A stretch of DNA of 47,720 nt, taken from Neoconidiobolus thromboides FSU 785 (taxonomy: Eukaryota > Fungi > Entomophthoromycota). A program made the translations under genes and the position numbers. Shown piece by piece: positions 23,419 to 37,203 of the stretch (position 1 is the stretch's first letter; each line of letters begins with the position of its first letter). A model generated the notes under the pieces. The model saw only the letters and a program-made list of their open reading frames with translations. It was not told where the DNA came from and made no database searches. The DNA lies in assembly GCA_025603075.1 (NCBI GenBank), contig MU626408.1:1-47720 (forward strand). The letters run 5' to 3'.

Positions 23419-23620
23419 TATTGTAAACAATATTATAGTATCAATATAAGCCAGTGCTAAAATAACTTTTTTATTGTATTAATAATATTTCATATTTTAA
23501 TTATAATTATCTCAAAACTACGCAGTTCTAAATTGAGCAATTTGAGAATAAACTGTGCAGAAAAATTGAATATAAAATATCATCAAAAACATAAATAATT
23601 TTTATCTATTAAATTTAAAA

Positions 23621-26600
23621 ATGAAAGGTAGATTTTCAGCAATAGATATTCGAGCTTCAGTTCAAGATATCAAAGAGAGGTAAATAAAATTATTAAAAAA
23701 GCAGTACTTAATTAAAAAAAACTAGTATCATTGGGCTAAGGTTACAAAATATCTATGATATTAATTCCAAGACGTTTTTATTGAAGTTTTCTCAAGTAAA
23801 TTTATCATATTGTATTTTGTATTGGTAGCTAATAATTCAATTTAGCCTGATAGAAAAGAGTTTTTGATTATTGAATCCGGTATCAGACTTCATTTGACTC
23901 AGTTTTCAAGAGAGAAAGCAACTACACCTTCCAATTTTTGTACCAAAGTAAACTTAAATTTTATGATTATTTATTAAATACTTAAATCATATAGTTAAGA
24001 AAACATTTACGTACTAGAAGGTTGACTAACGTAAGACAAGTCGGGGTTGATCGTATTGTTGAGTTTGAGTTTGCTTCTGCTACTGGGGCTAATACTCCAG
24101 GGACTTATCACCTAATTTGCGAATTTTATTCATCCGTAAATTACTCAGTATACTTAAGATAAATTTAATGTTAAATTTGAAATAGGGGAATGTAATATTA
24201 ACAGATCATGAATATACCGTCATCTCACTACTAAGAGTAGTCAAACAAAATAAAAGTAAGGAAATTGAAGATAAAAAAGATGACAAAAAGGGGGAGAATA
24301 AAAAAGACAAAAAAAGTAATGGTAAAGCAGATAACAAAAAAGAAGTCAAAAGCGACGAGAAAGAAAACGCGTTTACAATGGCAGTTAAAAATGTATATGA
24401 TATTTCACAACTCTCGCGTAAGTTTGAGACCGCTGTGATTGATAAATTATTGAATAAATTTCAACAAATGCTTGAAAATAAGCAAGAGAAAGTTGAAAAG
24501 GGCAATAAAAAGGGGAAAGGGGATTCACTTAAAAATATACTGAATGAAGTTTATTTATTTGGGTTACCATTAAGCGAACATGTTTTATTGGAAGTAGGTT
24601 TGGACCCAAATTTAATTATTAAGAAAGAGAATATTGATTTGGATAAAGACTCTGAATTTATTCAAAAATTGCAAAGCGCACTTCAATTAGCTGATAAAAT
24701 TATAGTTGAGTTTGATACTATTCCATCAAAAGGATACATTTTATTAGATGATAAAAGTAAAAAGGAGGAAGATGATGCTATGCTATATAAAGAATACCAT
24801 CCCTTTTTATTTAATCAATATAAAGATGTAAATTATAAGGAGTTTCCTACTTTTGTTACTGCTTTAGATCAATTCTTTTCCAAAATTGAAAGTCAGAAAT
24901 TAGCACAAAAAGAAAAATCAAGGGTAAATTAAATAAATTAAAGTAAATTAATTTAAACATTTATCATTTATTATAGGAAGATGCTGCTAAAATGAAACTA
25001 CAAGCTATTAAATCAGAACAGATGGGTCGTGTGGATGCTTTAGCACAAGCTGAAACGCAAAATCGATATGTCGCAGAGTTAATAGAAAACAATCTAGAAT
25101 TAGTTGACCAAATTATTTTAGTATTACGTAGTTTATTGGCATCTGGGATGGATTGGCAAGAACTTGAAGATATGATTAGAGATGAAACAAGAAAAGGAAA
25201 TCCATTAGCATCTCATATTAAATCACTTAATTTACATTATAACCAAGTCACTATTACTTTAAATGATCCTTATTATGAAGAGGATGTAGATATGGAAGAA
25301 GTATCTGATAGTGAATACGAATCTGGAGATGATGATAAAGAAAACAATAGTACTGAAGATAAAGAAAATAAAAGCGATGTTAAAGTAGATATCGATCTTG
25401 GATTATCAGCGCATGCTAATGCATCTAGGTATTACACGATGAAAAAGAATTCAGCTACTAAAAAAGAAAAGACATTAGCAATTGCAGAAACTGCGTTCAA
25501 AAATGCTGAAATTAAAGTACAGAATGACCTTAAAGAATTGAAACTAAATAAACCAACGATTGGAGTGAATAAAATACGTAAACCATTTTGGTTTGAAAAA
25601 TTTATGTGGTTTATTTCATCGGAAGGATATTTGGTTATTGCAGGTAGAGATGTACAACAGAATGAATTATTGGTTAAAAAGTATTTAAGAAAAGGCGATA
25701 TCTATTTACATGCTGATATGCATGGAGCTGCTACTGTAATTGTTAAAAATCCAGATCAAGGTACTATACCACCGTCCACTTTGAATCAAGCAGGTACTAT
25801 GTCAGTGTGTCATTCTAAAGCTTGGGAAAGTAAAATACTAACTTCAGCTTGGTGGGTATTTCATCATCAAGTATCAAAGTCAGCACCCACTGGTGAGTAT
25901 TTACCTGCTGGATCCTTTATGATCCGTGGTAAAAAGAATTTTTTAGCGCCTGCTGCTCTTACTTATGGTTTTGGATTGATGTATATGCTAGATGTTAATT
26001 CTACTGCTAGACGGCTACAAGCTCGATTAAAAAAGCAAAGTGAAGTAAACGAAGTTGAAGACCAAAAAGTTGACCAAGAAAAAATTGATAAGAAGCAAAA
26101 AGAAATTGACGATAAAATAGAGATAAAAGAGGAGACTGAACAAGAAATTGCTCAGGAAGATGATGACTCAGTTGAGAATGAACAAGAACTTGAAGAAGAA
26201 AAAAGTTCAATGAAAATTGGGTCTAGTAATTTATTTAATAGTAATACAGCACCATTGAATGAAAATAATCAAGATAAAGTAGTGGATAAATATGGACTTG
26301 TTTCTTCACAGCACATTCAAGAGAACCAAAAAAGCCAAGACGAAGCCGAAGAAGGTAAATTTGAAGAAGATCATCTTGGTAGAGAAACTGTATTTGATAG
26401 ATTACTTAATTCAAATGACGCTAACAGTAATAAAGAAAAGGTAGGCTATTGATTAATAGTTAATAGGTTGATGTCACTAATATGATTTAGGGTAAAAAGA
26501 GAATTTCAGCCAAAGAACGTAAGAGTATGAAAAAAGGAGGTAAAATAAATGAAGAATCAAAAGGCGAGGAAATGGACAAGAAAGAGAGTCTAAGTAGCGA

Positions 26601-27381
26601 TAAAAAGAGTAACAAAGAAAAGAATACTAATCAAAGCAGTGAAATGAGTAGTGTTAAACGAGGGCAACGTGGTAAAATGAAGAAAATACAGAATAAATAT
26701 GCCGACCAAGATGAAGAAGAAAAAGAGATTCGAATGCAATTATTAGGATCGGATAAGGGGCCTCAACCTAAAGGTAAAAAAGAAAAAAAAATAGCTGAAC
26801 AAAAGAAACAAAAGGAACAGATGATCTCTGAAAGAGAAACTTATTTCAAAGACAAGAGTAACAAGAAAAATGAAGATGAGAAAAATGAAGATGGGGCTAT
26901 TAAGGAGAGTGAACCTGCTGGAGTTAGTACAGTAAATGAAGAAGGCGATAAAAACGAAATGAATGAAGAAATCAAAGCCATGCTTGAAGAAGAAAACATT
27001 GTAATATTAGATGAAGATGAAACTGAAAATTTACAAGTTTATATGGATGGTTTAGTAGGTACTTTGCAAGAAGGTGAGATACCTGAATTCATGATCCCAG
27101 TCTCAGCCCCACTATCGGCTTTAAATAAACTTAAGTTTAAAGTTAAGTTACAACCTGGTACTATGAAAAAAGGACAAGCGGCTAAATTAGCAACTAACCA
27201 TTTCTTGGCTACCAGTGAATGTACCAAGTTAGACCAACAGCTTATTAAAACTATACCTAATCAGGAAGCTATCAATGTTTTGTTACCAAAGTCTAAGGTG
27301 ATGGCTCCTTCATTGGCAGCTGCTAAAAAGTCAGCGAATAATAAAGCGGCTAAAAAGGCGGCTAAAAAGAAGGAAGGGTAA
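23621..27381 (+). CDS. RQC2: Ribosome quality control subunit Rqc2/NEMF, multi-exon
   Basis: MKGRFSAIDIRASV start; KLRKHLRTRRLTNVRQVGVDRIV; FWFEKFMWFISSEGYLVIAGRDVQQNELLVKKYL; HADMHGAA; SKSAPTGEYLPAGSFMIRGKKNFL; C-terminal KVKLQPGTMKKG. Confidence 0.95.
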
Positions 27382-27717
27382 ATTCAATTGAATAGAGTCC
27401 TTTAAGTAAAAATTAGATTAAATAAAGTGAAATAATTTTTTGAAAAATCGAAAGTTTACTAAAATTACTAAGGAATAACTAAAAATTAGTTTTGTTTATT
27501 TTACTTAATTTAGTAGCCATTAATAAGTTGAAAATTTCCTAAAAATTTCCTAACTGAGTTTTGGTTAATTAAAATGACTTCATTGGATCCAGTTCAATTT
27601 TGTTTAGTGCGGAGTGAAATGAGTATTGTTAAATAAATAAATGCTAGTCAATTATAAAACAAAATAAAAGATAAAACTGTTAAATTAATTTTTATTTAAT
27701 TATAATATTTTATAAAA

Positions 27718-30700
27718 ATGAGAATTAAAGGCAGAGTAAGTCCAATTAGTAGGATGAAATAGACTATAATTAACTCTTTATAACAAGGAAAGAGACACTT
27801 TAGACTTGATCATCAAAGCAATCTTCTACGAATATAACAATAAACTACGGGCGAACAAGTTAATTGAAGAATTGGAAATAAAAAAAGCGGAGCTAACTGA
27901 AAAAGATGATCAAAACTCATTAGAAACCTTAATACTGACCATAAAACAAAGCTACGCAGATATGATGGTGTTAACTATTGATGATATACTTGACAATAGC
28001 AAAAGTATGGTAAGTAGTTCTTTACCTGAGTCTGGTAAGAGTGGGAATCGAGAGTCTTGGATACAAACGGTGAAAAGAGACTCACCTTTACCACGGGCTA
28101 CAGCTTCACCCAACTTTAAAGTTTTAAGAAGTAGAGCAGCATCTATGAACTTTTCTCTAGATTTCCAATCTCCTCTAGTTTATCCTCAACAATTATTAAG
28201 AAAGCAAGTTAGCTTCAATGAAAACAATCAAGTAGTATTAGAAGGGCTGACCGTTTCGGTATATTTCTGTTTTTTGACTTTTTTGGTAAAAACTAACTTT
28301 TTATAGGGAAGTAAAGAGTTACAACAATGGCAAGAAAAATATGAAAAGAGGATACAAAAGGAACAACGGGAAAGAGAAAGAATAGAAAAAGAAATGATGG
28401 AATTAAAAGAGCAGTTAATCGAATATGAAACAGGGCAAGAAATTTTGAGTTTTAATTTTCAAAAGGAGAAGCAAAGCAAAGTTAAGCTGATGAAAGAAAA
28501 CCAAGTTTTGGATAGTTATTTATCTAGTTTGAAAGAAGAGATAGAGCAAATTTTACAAGACAAAATCCAATTGAGTCAACAAGTCAATAAGCTAAGAGGT
28601 ATGCTAAAGAATGAAGAGAACGAAAAGAGGGTTGTCAAAGAGAAACTGGTATGTTCATTGAGAGAAATGAATCAATTAAAACAGACTAATAATATTAAAA
28701 TTAATAAAACCAACAAACATAATAAAGTTAAAAGTTTGATTAATTTTAATACTATTATTGAGAGCAATAATAACATTAATGATGTTAGCTTAGAGTCAGC
28801 TGGATTTTTTAATAAAATTAGAGAACACTCAGAAAACAATTCCTGGTTGCTTTCACCTTCTTCTTTAAGTAATTACTCAAATAAAGACTCGCCAGTTCGC
28901 TCAATTCCTTTATCTAAAGTAATGGAAAATCAAAGTAACAATGATAGCAACAATAATAACAAATTGAAGGGAAAAAGTGAAAATTTGTTACTAGTATTTG
29001 AAGGTATCAAAAAAGATAGCAGTTCAAGAAGAAAGAGCGAGTCTGCACTGGAAAGTTATCAACTGAAAGGCGAAAATTATTTAAATGATTTTGAATTTAA
29101 AGACTACAGTTTCACGGATTGCTTCCCAAACTCAAAGAACAAAGTTAATAATACTAATGATAAAACCAACTGGTTGAATAGTTTAGAGTATAATATCAAT
29201 GGGTTATTTGATGACGATGATAAGGAAATGAAACTGACGACAGTTGAATTAAAGGATGGCAATAGTAAGAGGATGAATGTAAATACCGCTGAATTAAAGC
29301 AAAATAGCAATGGCGACAGCAGCACTGAGAAGGACATGGAGATAACTGAATTAAAACGGGATAGTTATAGCAATGAAGAAAGCAAAGAAGCAACTAAATC
29401 AAAATATAACAATAATAAGGAAACGGAGCAAAATACAGAAGAATCAATATACGATGCTAATAAAAAAGTGTATGACAAGCCAGCTGGGCTAGTACATGGT
29501 ACTAATAATAACAAAATGGAATCTGAGTTAAAAAAACAGATAGTTTATAACGATAAGGAAGTGGGTGATGAAGTAAATGAATCTAAGTTTAATAATAATG
29601 AAATGGACAATGAACCAAATGGATTAAAACGTAATGACAAGGAAGTGAGTGGTAAAATAATTGGATTAAGTTTGGATAGTAGTAATAAAGAGACTGGAGT
29701 TAAGGCAAAAAACCAAACAGCTTGTATCAGTAAGGAAGCGCGTGATGAAGCAAATGAACTTGTTCACAATAATCAAGAAGAAGGAAATGAAACAAATGAA
29801 CTTAGATATAATATCAATAATAATGAGGAATTAGAGTTAGACTTAAATATAAATATTAACAATAATAATAGATTAAATGGTTTCGATCCAAAATTAATTG
29901 AAGAAAGTAAAAGTAATGACTCGAGTTGTAAAAACAGTGTCTATTTAAATGAATCCAATCGAATTAGTAGAGGCAGTTTATTAAGCTATCAAATTAATAA
30001 TGAAAATCCATTGGGACTTATCAACAGTAATAATGAAAATAATAATAATAACAAACAATACAAGGTAAAATTAAACTAATGTATATAATTTATTAACTCC
30101 CAAACTAATAATTATAGATTAAGAGTACCCAAACTTATTACTTAAATTTGTGTAATAAATGTGAATTAAAATCAAAGACAAATATAGGTAAGTTAAGAGT
30201 TATCAATATAATGGCATGATTTAATAAAATTTTGTTTAGGTTATAATCATAACAGTGCTACTACCATCCCTATCAAGCAAAAACAAAACAGAATGAAAAG
30301 TATACCATTAACGCAATTGTCTAAAAAAGGTAAACAAAACAACAAAATAATAAAGTAACAAAGATTAATATTTGATGTTATCTAATAGCTATTCAACCTT
30401 ATTTATCTCCACCAAACAATAAAAAACTGTTTGACCAGCTTATTTCATTCCAACCTCAGTTTAGAAATACCGTGGGATTAAATACCCCATTATCAAGTTA
30501 TTTTTCAGAGTCTCCTTTTTCAGAAGAATTTGGTAAATTACTTTTGATTGTTTTTATAAAACTTCGTTCATTTTGTTTATTTAGAAATTATCAATTCGCC
30601 AACCACTTTATGCTCCTCAAGTTGTACGGATAACATAGTTGAAAATAACCTAAGTATGTTTCTTTAGAAGTCTTGTTTTAAATTATTTAAGTTAATTTAT

Positions 30701-30875
30701 TGTAGATTCACCTAATAATGAAAATTTAACAACATCTAATAATTTTTCTTTTGAAAATGTAGATGAGTTTGAAATTGAATTAGCTAGATTAAAATATACT
30801 AAAAATAATCGTACAGATTTAAATGTTTATGACCATTCTAATAAGTTTAGAGGTTATCGTATGGGGCTTAATTGA
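27718..30875 (+). CDS. Large coiled-coil / Asn-rich low-complexity protein of unknown family, multi-exon
   Basis: GT-AG joins link MRIKGR|ERDTLDLIIKAIF to ORFs 27806..28306 and 28394..30079 and to five further short exons ending RGYRMGLN* at 30875; no recognisable domain. Confidence 0.65.
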
Positions 30876-31160
30876 ACAGTTTATTTTTTATTATTTATTA
30901 GTTATTATTGTGTTTTATGTATATATTAATAAAATTCCATAAATTTCATTTTATTTTATCTTTTGTTTTTATTTTTCTATTTTTCATTTTCTACTCTCTA
31001 TTTTTATTTTTGCTTATGTCATACTCATCAAAACTAAGCGATTAATTTTTAAAAACTTAGCCATCCACCAATAAAAAATCACCTAAAACTAAAACAATCA
31101 AACTAAAAGTGTATATTTAGACAAATAAAAGATTTTAATTTCAAATAGCAATAATATAAA

Positions 31161-33838
31161 ATGAATGACTATTATCAATTAAGTAAAGAAATTGTAGGCC
31201 ATGAGCAAGATGTAAAGACAATAAACTTATTTATATACATTTATTAAACAAACAACAATTAGATTAAAGGAGTAGATTATAATACTTTAGATGGGAGTAT
31301 ACTATCAGTAAGTAGAGATGGTAGTTTACGAGTGAATGGTGATAAGATATATTTAACTACAAATAAATTTTTAAATTGTGTTAAATATTTACCAAAGAGT
31401 GAAAAGAATGATGGTAATCAACTAACTTAAATATACAAAAATAAGAATTAATTTGTTTTAATATAGAGTATTATTTATCAGCTGGTAGTGCCAAAACAGT
31501 ATATATTCATCACCCACAGCAGCTAGATAGTGCTATTATGAGCTTAACAGGGCATAATGACAATATATGCTGTATTGATTTAACCGAGGATCATCGTATT
31601 ATTACCGGTAGTTGGGATAAGTAAGAATTTATAATTAATTTAGTAACATAACTTAACTAATAATAAAACAAATAGGACCATAAAAGTGTGGAAAGATTTT
31701 AATTTACAATTTACTTTCTTTGGCCATGAACAAGCTGTTTGGGCAGTCAAATATTTGAAGAGTAAACAATGGATTGTATCTGGTAAGTATTAGGCATAAC
31801 TAAATTTGAGGATTTTTTTAATGAATATTTATTTAGGTTCAGCAGATAAAACAATAAAGGTATGGGATGCAAATACTGGAAGTTTAATTCATACAATTCA
31901 AGCGCATACTGACTGTGTACGTAGTATTGATGAAGTTAAAAACTTGGGATTTATTTCTTGTGGAAATGATGGAGTCGTCAAAGTATGGGATTATTCCTTT
32001 AATTTAATTCAAGAATTACATGGACATACCTCATTTGTTTATTCTGTGCAAACTATTGATCCAGAGCAATTTTTATTTGCTTCAAGCGGTGAAGATCGTA
32101 GTATAAGGATTTGGAAAGGTAACTAATGTAACAACTATATTAATAATTACCAACATCATATGATTTTATTGTAGAAGGAAAATGTATTCAAACAATTACA
32201 TTACCAGCCCTATCGATTTGGACCTTAAAAGTATTACCTAATCAAAATATCGTTGCTGGGAGTTCAGATTCAGTAGTCCGTGTATTTACTAAAATCCAAG
32301 AAGAAGTAGCTGATAACGATACTCTTAAAGTAAGAAAATAATAGCGAATAATGATGTAACAATATACTAAACAAAAACTAGGCTTTCGAAGAGAAAGTAG
32401 GGCAACAAAGTATTAATACCAATCAAGTAGGAGATATTCAAAAAGAGAAACTAGAGGATGTTGAAGGATTACAAAAAAAAGGAAAGAAAGAAGGTGAAGT
32501 TAAAATGATACGTAATAATTTAAATAATGTAGAAGCATATCAATGGAGTATGAATAACCAAGAATGGGTTAAGATTGGAGAAGTAGTAGATGCGGTGGGT
32601 AATAGTAGAAAACAATTATATCAAGGTAATTAGTGATATTATAAACAATACAATAATATAAAATATTGATCATTTTATTATAGGTAAAGAATACGATTAT
32701 GTATTTGATATCAATTTAAGCGAAGGAGCTCCTAATTTAAAGTTACCTTATAACGTGGTTGATAATCCATTTACAGTAGCAATGAATTTCATTCAACAAA
32801 ACCAGTTACCTGTAGAATATTTAGACCAAATTGTACAATTCATCAACCAAAATGGCAAACCTATTACTATTGATAGTAATACTAACAATACCAGTAACTT
32901 TGCTAATCCTGACCCTTATACTGGAAGTAACAGGAATAAGGGCATCAGTACTACTACTACTACATCGACAATTATTAATGAAAAGATCAATTATACTAAA
33001 ATCAACATTGACCAAGTAATGAATAAATTCGACGAATTTAATTTATTACAATCATATGAGGTAATTTTGTTATAGTGGTAATATGTTTGATTAGCTATTA
33101 ATATTAATATTTATATAGAATAAACTTGAACAAGATAAATTCCAATTAATACATCAAACAATTAAGAACACAACTAGTAAGAGTGATGAAATGAAACAAG
33201 TGATTCAGCTGCTATTGCAACAATTTGTTAAAGTAAACAAAGAATATAAATTCCCCATCTTGGATTTATTGCGTTATTTAAGTAGCTTTATTGATTTGGA
33301 GAAGGAATTTAATGTTATAGAGTATTTAAATAACCATTTATATTCAAACATAAAGCCATTTGATAAAATGACAGATATTTTATTAATGATTTCATTTAAA
33401 TTAATATCCAATCTATTATTAGTTAACCAAACTAATAATGCTTTAGTTTGTAGTAATATGAGTTTATTATTACAGCAATTGAACATTATCGAGCCTTTTA
33501 TTAATCAGTCAAGTATCAATTGTAATTTAGCTTATTCTTCTATATTTGTTAATTTATCTCAGCTCAATCCCAATGTTACTAATTTTACAGTGGAAAATAT
33601 AAATGAATTTTTATTGCTATTGAATGAGTTATTATTGATTGACCATGAAGAATTAAATTATCGAAGTTTTGTAGCGATTTATAATGTTTATTTAAATTAT
33701 CAGAAATATCACGAGGATATCAAATTGTTGTTAGAACAATTAGAAATGCCAACTAGAATCCAAAAGGAATTTGTTGTTAAGTATAAAAATAATACAAAGA
33801 TTAGTGGATTATTAAACAAATTATATAATTTGCTTTAA
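31161..33838 (+). CDS. DOA1: Doa1/Ufd3 (PLAA): WD40 + PFU + PUL ubiquitin/Cdc48 adaptor, multi-exon
   Basis: YQLSKEIVGHEQDV start; WD repeats (ITGSWD, SGSADKTIKVW); PFU signature YDYVFDINLSEGAPNLKLPYNVVDNPFTVAMNFI; PUL-like FPILDLLR. Confidence 0.92.
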
Positions 33839-33928
33839 AAAATAAAAGATTAAAAATCTGTTATTATTATCGAGTTTATACTGTCAGTTTCTTCTTCTTC
33901 GGTTATTATATATCTTTCTTTTATCTAT

Positions 33929-35422
33929 TTAAATTATTTTTAGCAAAGGAACAGTCAGAAAAAATATGTAGCTTACCAATATATATAATTCATTATTTAA
34001 ATTATTTAAGGTTGTAAAATCAGTATAAATTAACAACAAAAATCGAACGAATATGTGTTCCAAATAGTTAAACAGTATAGATAATATAAAATAATTTATG
34101 ATTAATATTAAAACTAAATTCAATATCAAAGTAAAAGTAGAATTAAATTTAACTTCCAAATTAAATATTACTATTGTACTATAATTGATTATTAGTTGTA
34201 TCAATAATAAATTGAGCTTAACTAAAAATACAAAATAAGTAATTATTATTATTATATTTGAGTAATTACCGTAATTCAATAATTTAAAGACAACAACATC
34301 TTTAATAAAGCAATACCAGTAATGATTCTTGTTTATATTTAGTCTTATTAAGTTATGTATTAAGGGATTATTATTGTTGCTACTACTGTTAAATAGTAAA
34401 TGAGAGTGTATTAGATTGCTAATAACAAATTGATTTTTGAACATAGCTATTAGAGATATTATTGGTTTTATCAGTGAATAAGATAACAAATTAAATTGAA
34501 ACTGCCTATTATCACTTACAATATTACTATTGATGCTCTCACCACTATTATTGTTACTATTACTACTTTTATAAAATCTATCAAATGATTTCAAATAATA
34601 ATTTTGTATACAATGACTACTATAATGAAACAACCAGCTTAACCAATACAATTTACAACCTAAAAACAACATCAAGCTTAAATTGGTATAATAACATGTA
34701 TTTAACACATTACAATGTACAATTGAGATATATAAATACCAATAAATAGCTATTGAAGCTGTCATTAGTATTCCTATCATCATCACAGATGCTACTACTA
34801 TCCTTAACCTTGACCACTTTTCCCAAATAAACTTAATAAACTTAACAATCGTTTGATTCATTAATAATAACAAATGAAACTGGTCCTCTAATACTTTACT
34901 TTGTTCTTGATTTCTTTTGATTAAATTTTGAAAGGTGGTCAACTCTTTAAATATAATAAACAATAGTGCTAGAATACAACTCATAGCCAAAAATAAAGAC
35001 CCTAAAAATAACGAAAAGATAGATAAGCTGAAGAGCAATAAGCTATTCAATAAAATTATATAAACCGAATAATGTTTTGGATAACTAAAATAACGAATAA
35101 ATTAAATATACTATTGGTATTGAAATAAAAAACCCTACATTAATAACAACCAACCATACAAAGTCATTATCAGTAGATTCCAAATAAATAGAATAAAACT
35201 GATAACAGTATAACTTGATGCTAAAGATAGGCTTTTGACTTCTTTCATCGTTAAAATAACTATGGTTTTATAAAAGAATTCAAAAAAATAGACACTACTT
35301 ATTAAAATTAGTACTGCTAAAAGTAGTGGATAGTAATACTTGTAATAACTGGGCTTATTATTGTTTAATTCGTCTTTTTGAACATCTTGATTGAGTAAAG
35401 CCTCGTTTTCTAAAGTCGACAT
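33929..35422 (-). CDS. Multi-pass membrane protein of unknown family (2 exons, ~480 aa)
   Basis: ORF 35135..35422 joins ORF 33929..35050 in frame through a 54-nt GT-AG intron (35138..35085); many hydrophobic segments. Confidence 0.65.
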
Positions 35423-35645
35423 TTCTTATTTTTGAGGAACAAAAAGTAGTTCTAATACATAAAGCTTTTTAATTATTATTGCTACAATATTCAATCAATT
35501 GATTTAATAAATGAACTAGAGAACGGATAGCTATATAAAGTAATTTTCAATTTTTTGGTTTAAAACATAGTAAACATCTCAAGTACATTGTTCATTTTTA
35601 ACTACCTTAATATTTACAAATGTTTATTTAGCTTAGAAAAAAATA

Positions 35646-35749
35646 TATGGGGTTGTATTTTTGTATTTAAGAATTTTACTAACAAATTTTCCGCTTAAAC
35701 AGTGCTTAAAAATGAAAAAGGTAATGAAGTCGAAAAAAACACTCCTATA
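35646..35749 (+). mobile_element. Hairpin repeat copy N
   Basis: TA-TGGGGTTGT...ttttccgcttaaacagtgcttaaaaatg...ACACTCCTA-TA. Confidence 0.88.
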
Positions 35750-35821
35750 TAGAGATATCTCTTAAGAATTTAACATTTTTTCACCTAATGATGCTTAAAA
35801 GATGGAAAAAATACCTTCATA
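35748..35821 (+). mobile_element. Hairpin repeat copy O (internally deleted, shares TA with N)
   Basis: tatagagatat..ttaagaattt..atgcttaaaagatggaaaaaataccttcata. Confidence 0.7.
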
Positions 35822-35837
35822 AGGGAGGGTATGTATG

Positions 35838-35910
35838 TGCCTTCTATCGGAATCGAACCAATGACCTTCCGCTTACTAGGCGGACGCTCTGCCAACTGAG
35901 CCAAGAAGGC
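35838..35910 (-). tRNA. tRNA-Thr(AGT), copy 3
   Basis: Identical 73 nt to copies 1 and 2; upstream flank unrelated. Confidence 0.97.
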
Positions 35911-36029
35911 GCTTATTCCTCGTGAACATTAAAATTAGTATTTAATTCAAATAACTTCTCAGGTTATAATTTAATTTATTAGGTTCAAAATAGCTGCACC
36001 CAAATGAACAAATTTGTATATCTATAAAA

Positions 36030-36131
36030 TATGGTAATATATTTTTGTGTTTAAGAATCTTACTAGTAATTTTCGATTCAAATAGCGCTTAAAAGACAGA
36101 AAAAGTGATGAAGCCAAAAAACACCTCCATA
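36030..36131 (+). mobile_element. Hairpin repeat copy P
   Basis: tatggtaatat...caaatagcgcttaaaagacagaaaaagtgatgaagcc..acacctccata. Confidence 0.85.
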
Positions 36132-36434
36132 TGCCCCCTTCGTACTGTACTATTAGGTAATTGTCAACGGATATCCTATGCTATTGGCTTACATTTAGAC
36201 TGTATCAAATTATTTGAATTCAATATAAGAGAAGAATTGTTTATTTTTATATTTGTTTTTTATCGAACCTTATAACTATTTGAACTGGACTACAAGCCTA
36301 TAGTCCACATAAAAGTAAGCATTTTCAACTAAAGTTTAACGAAGAGATTAATATAGACCTTATTATTATTTTGTTTTCCGAGTATTTGTTAAAGACAGTA
36401 AGTGTTATACCATTAGGTATTTAAAAGAAGGATA

Positions 36435-36538
36435 TATGGGAGTGTTTTTTTTGACTTCATTATTTTTCCATTTTTTAAGCGCTGTTTAAGCGGAAAATTT
36501 GTTAGTAAAACTCTTAAACATTAAAATACATCCCCATA
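36435..36538 (-). mobile_element. Hairpin repeat copy Q
   Basis: TA-TGGGAGTGT...ttaagcgctgtttaagcggaaaatttgttagtaaaa...ACATCCCCA-TA. Confidence 0.9.
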
Positions 36539-37203
36539 TAGAGTAACAAATTAATTATTCATTTAAATCTATGAGTAGAAAAAAATACAGAAACAGTTAA
36601 ACATCAGATATATAAAATATGTAAGTAAGATAACTAATACGAAATCACATCGAGAAGAGGGATAGTATAGTATTAGTTCAATGACTAAAATGAAATATTT
36701 TCTATTATTCTCCAACTTTTACTTAATTTCAAACTTGTTTTCTATCTAATTAAAATAGTTATATTGAACTTGAAGGCTACTTAAACTAAAACTATTTATT
36801 AACTGAGACTAGTATCAAATTAGGCCCCTAACTATATGATTTATTTTAGTATTGGTATGTTAATTCAATACGTTGAATTTATTTAAGGAATAAACAACTC
36901 AATCAAATTAAATCTGAAAAGTATATTAAACTAGGCTGAAAAAATGGTTGACTTGAAAGCTGTCTTTATTTATGAGTTTCAAAAATCAATATTAATTTGT
37001 CAAACTCTATTTCTACTCTTAAACGAATATATTTCTTGGTATTTATAATGTTTGTCAAATAAAACGTAAATTACAAAATAAAATATTTATTAAAAAATGT
37101 AACGTAAATTTAAACAGTTAAGTATCTTTTTTTAAGTATAATAGGTTAGAGGAGTCAAAATATAAGGTAGCCCCTGGGCAGTATATTGTAAGTTAGAAAT
37201 AAA

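Noticed and set aside
36655-36700. tRNA-like D-arm (GGATAGTATAGTATTAGTTC)
   Set aside because: No anticodon arm or T-arm follows.
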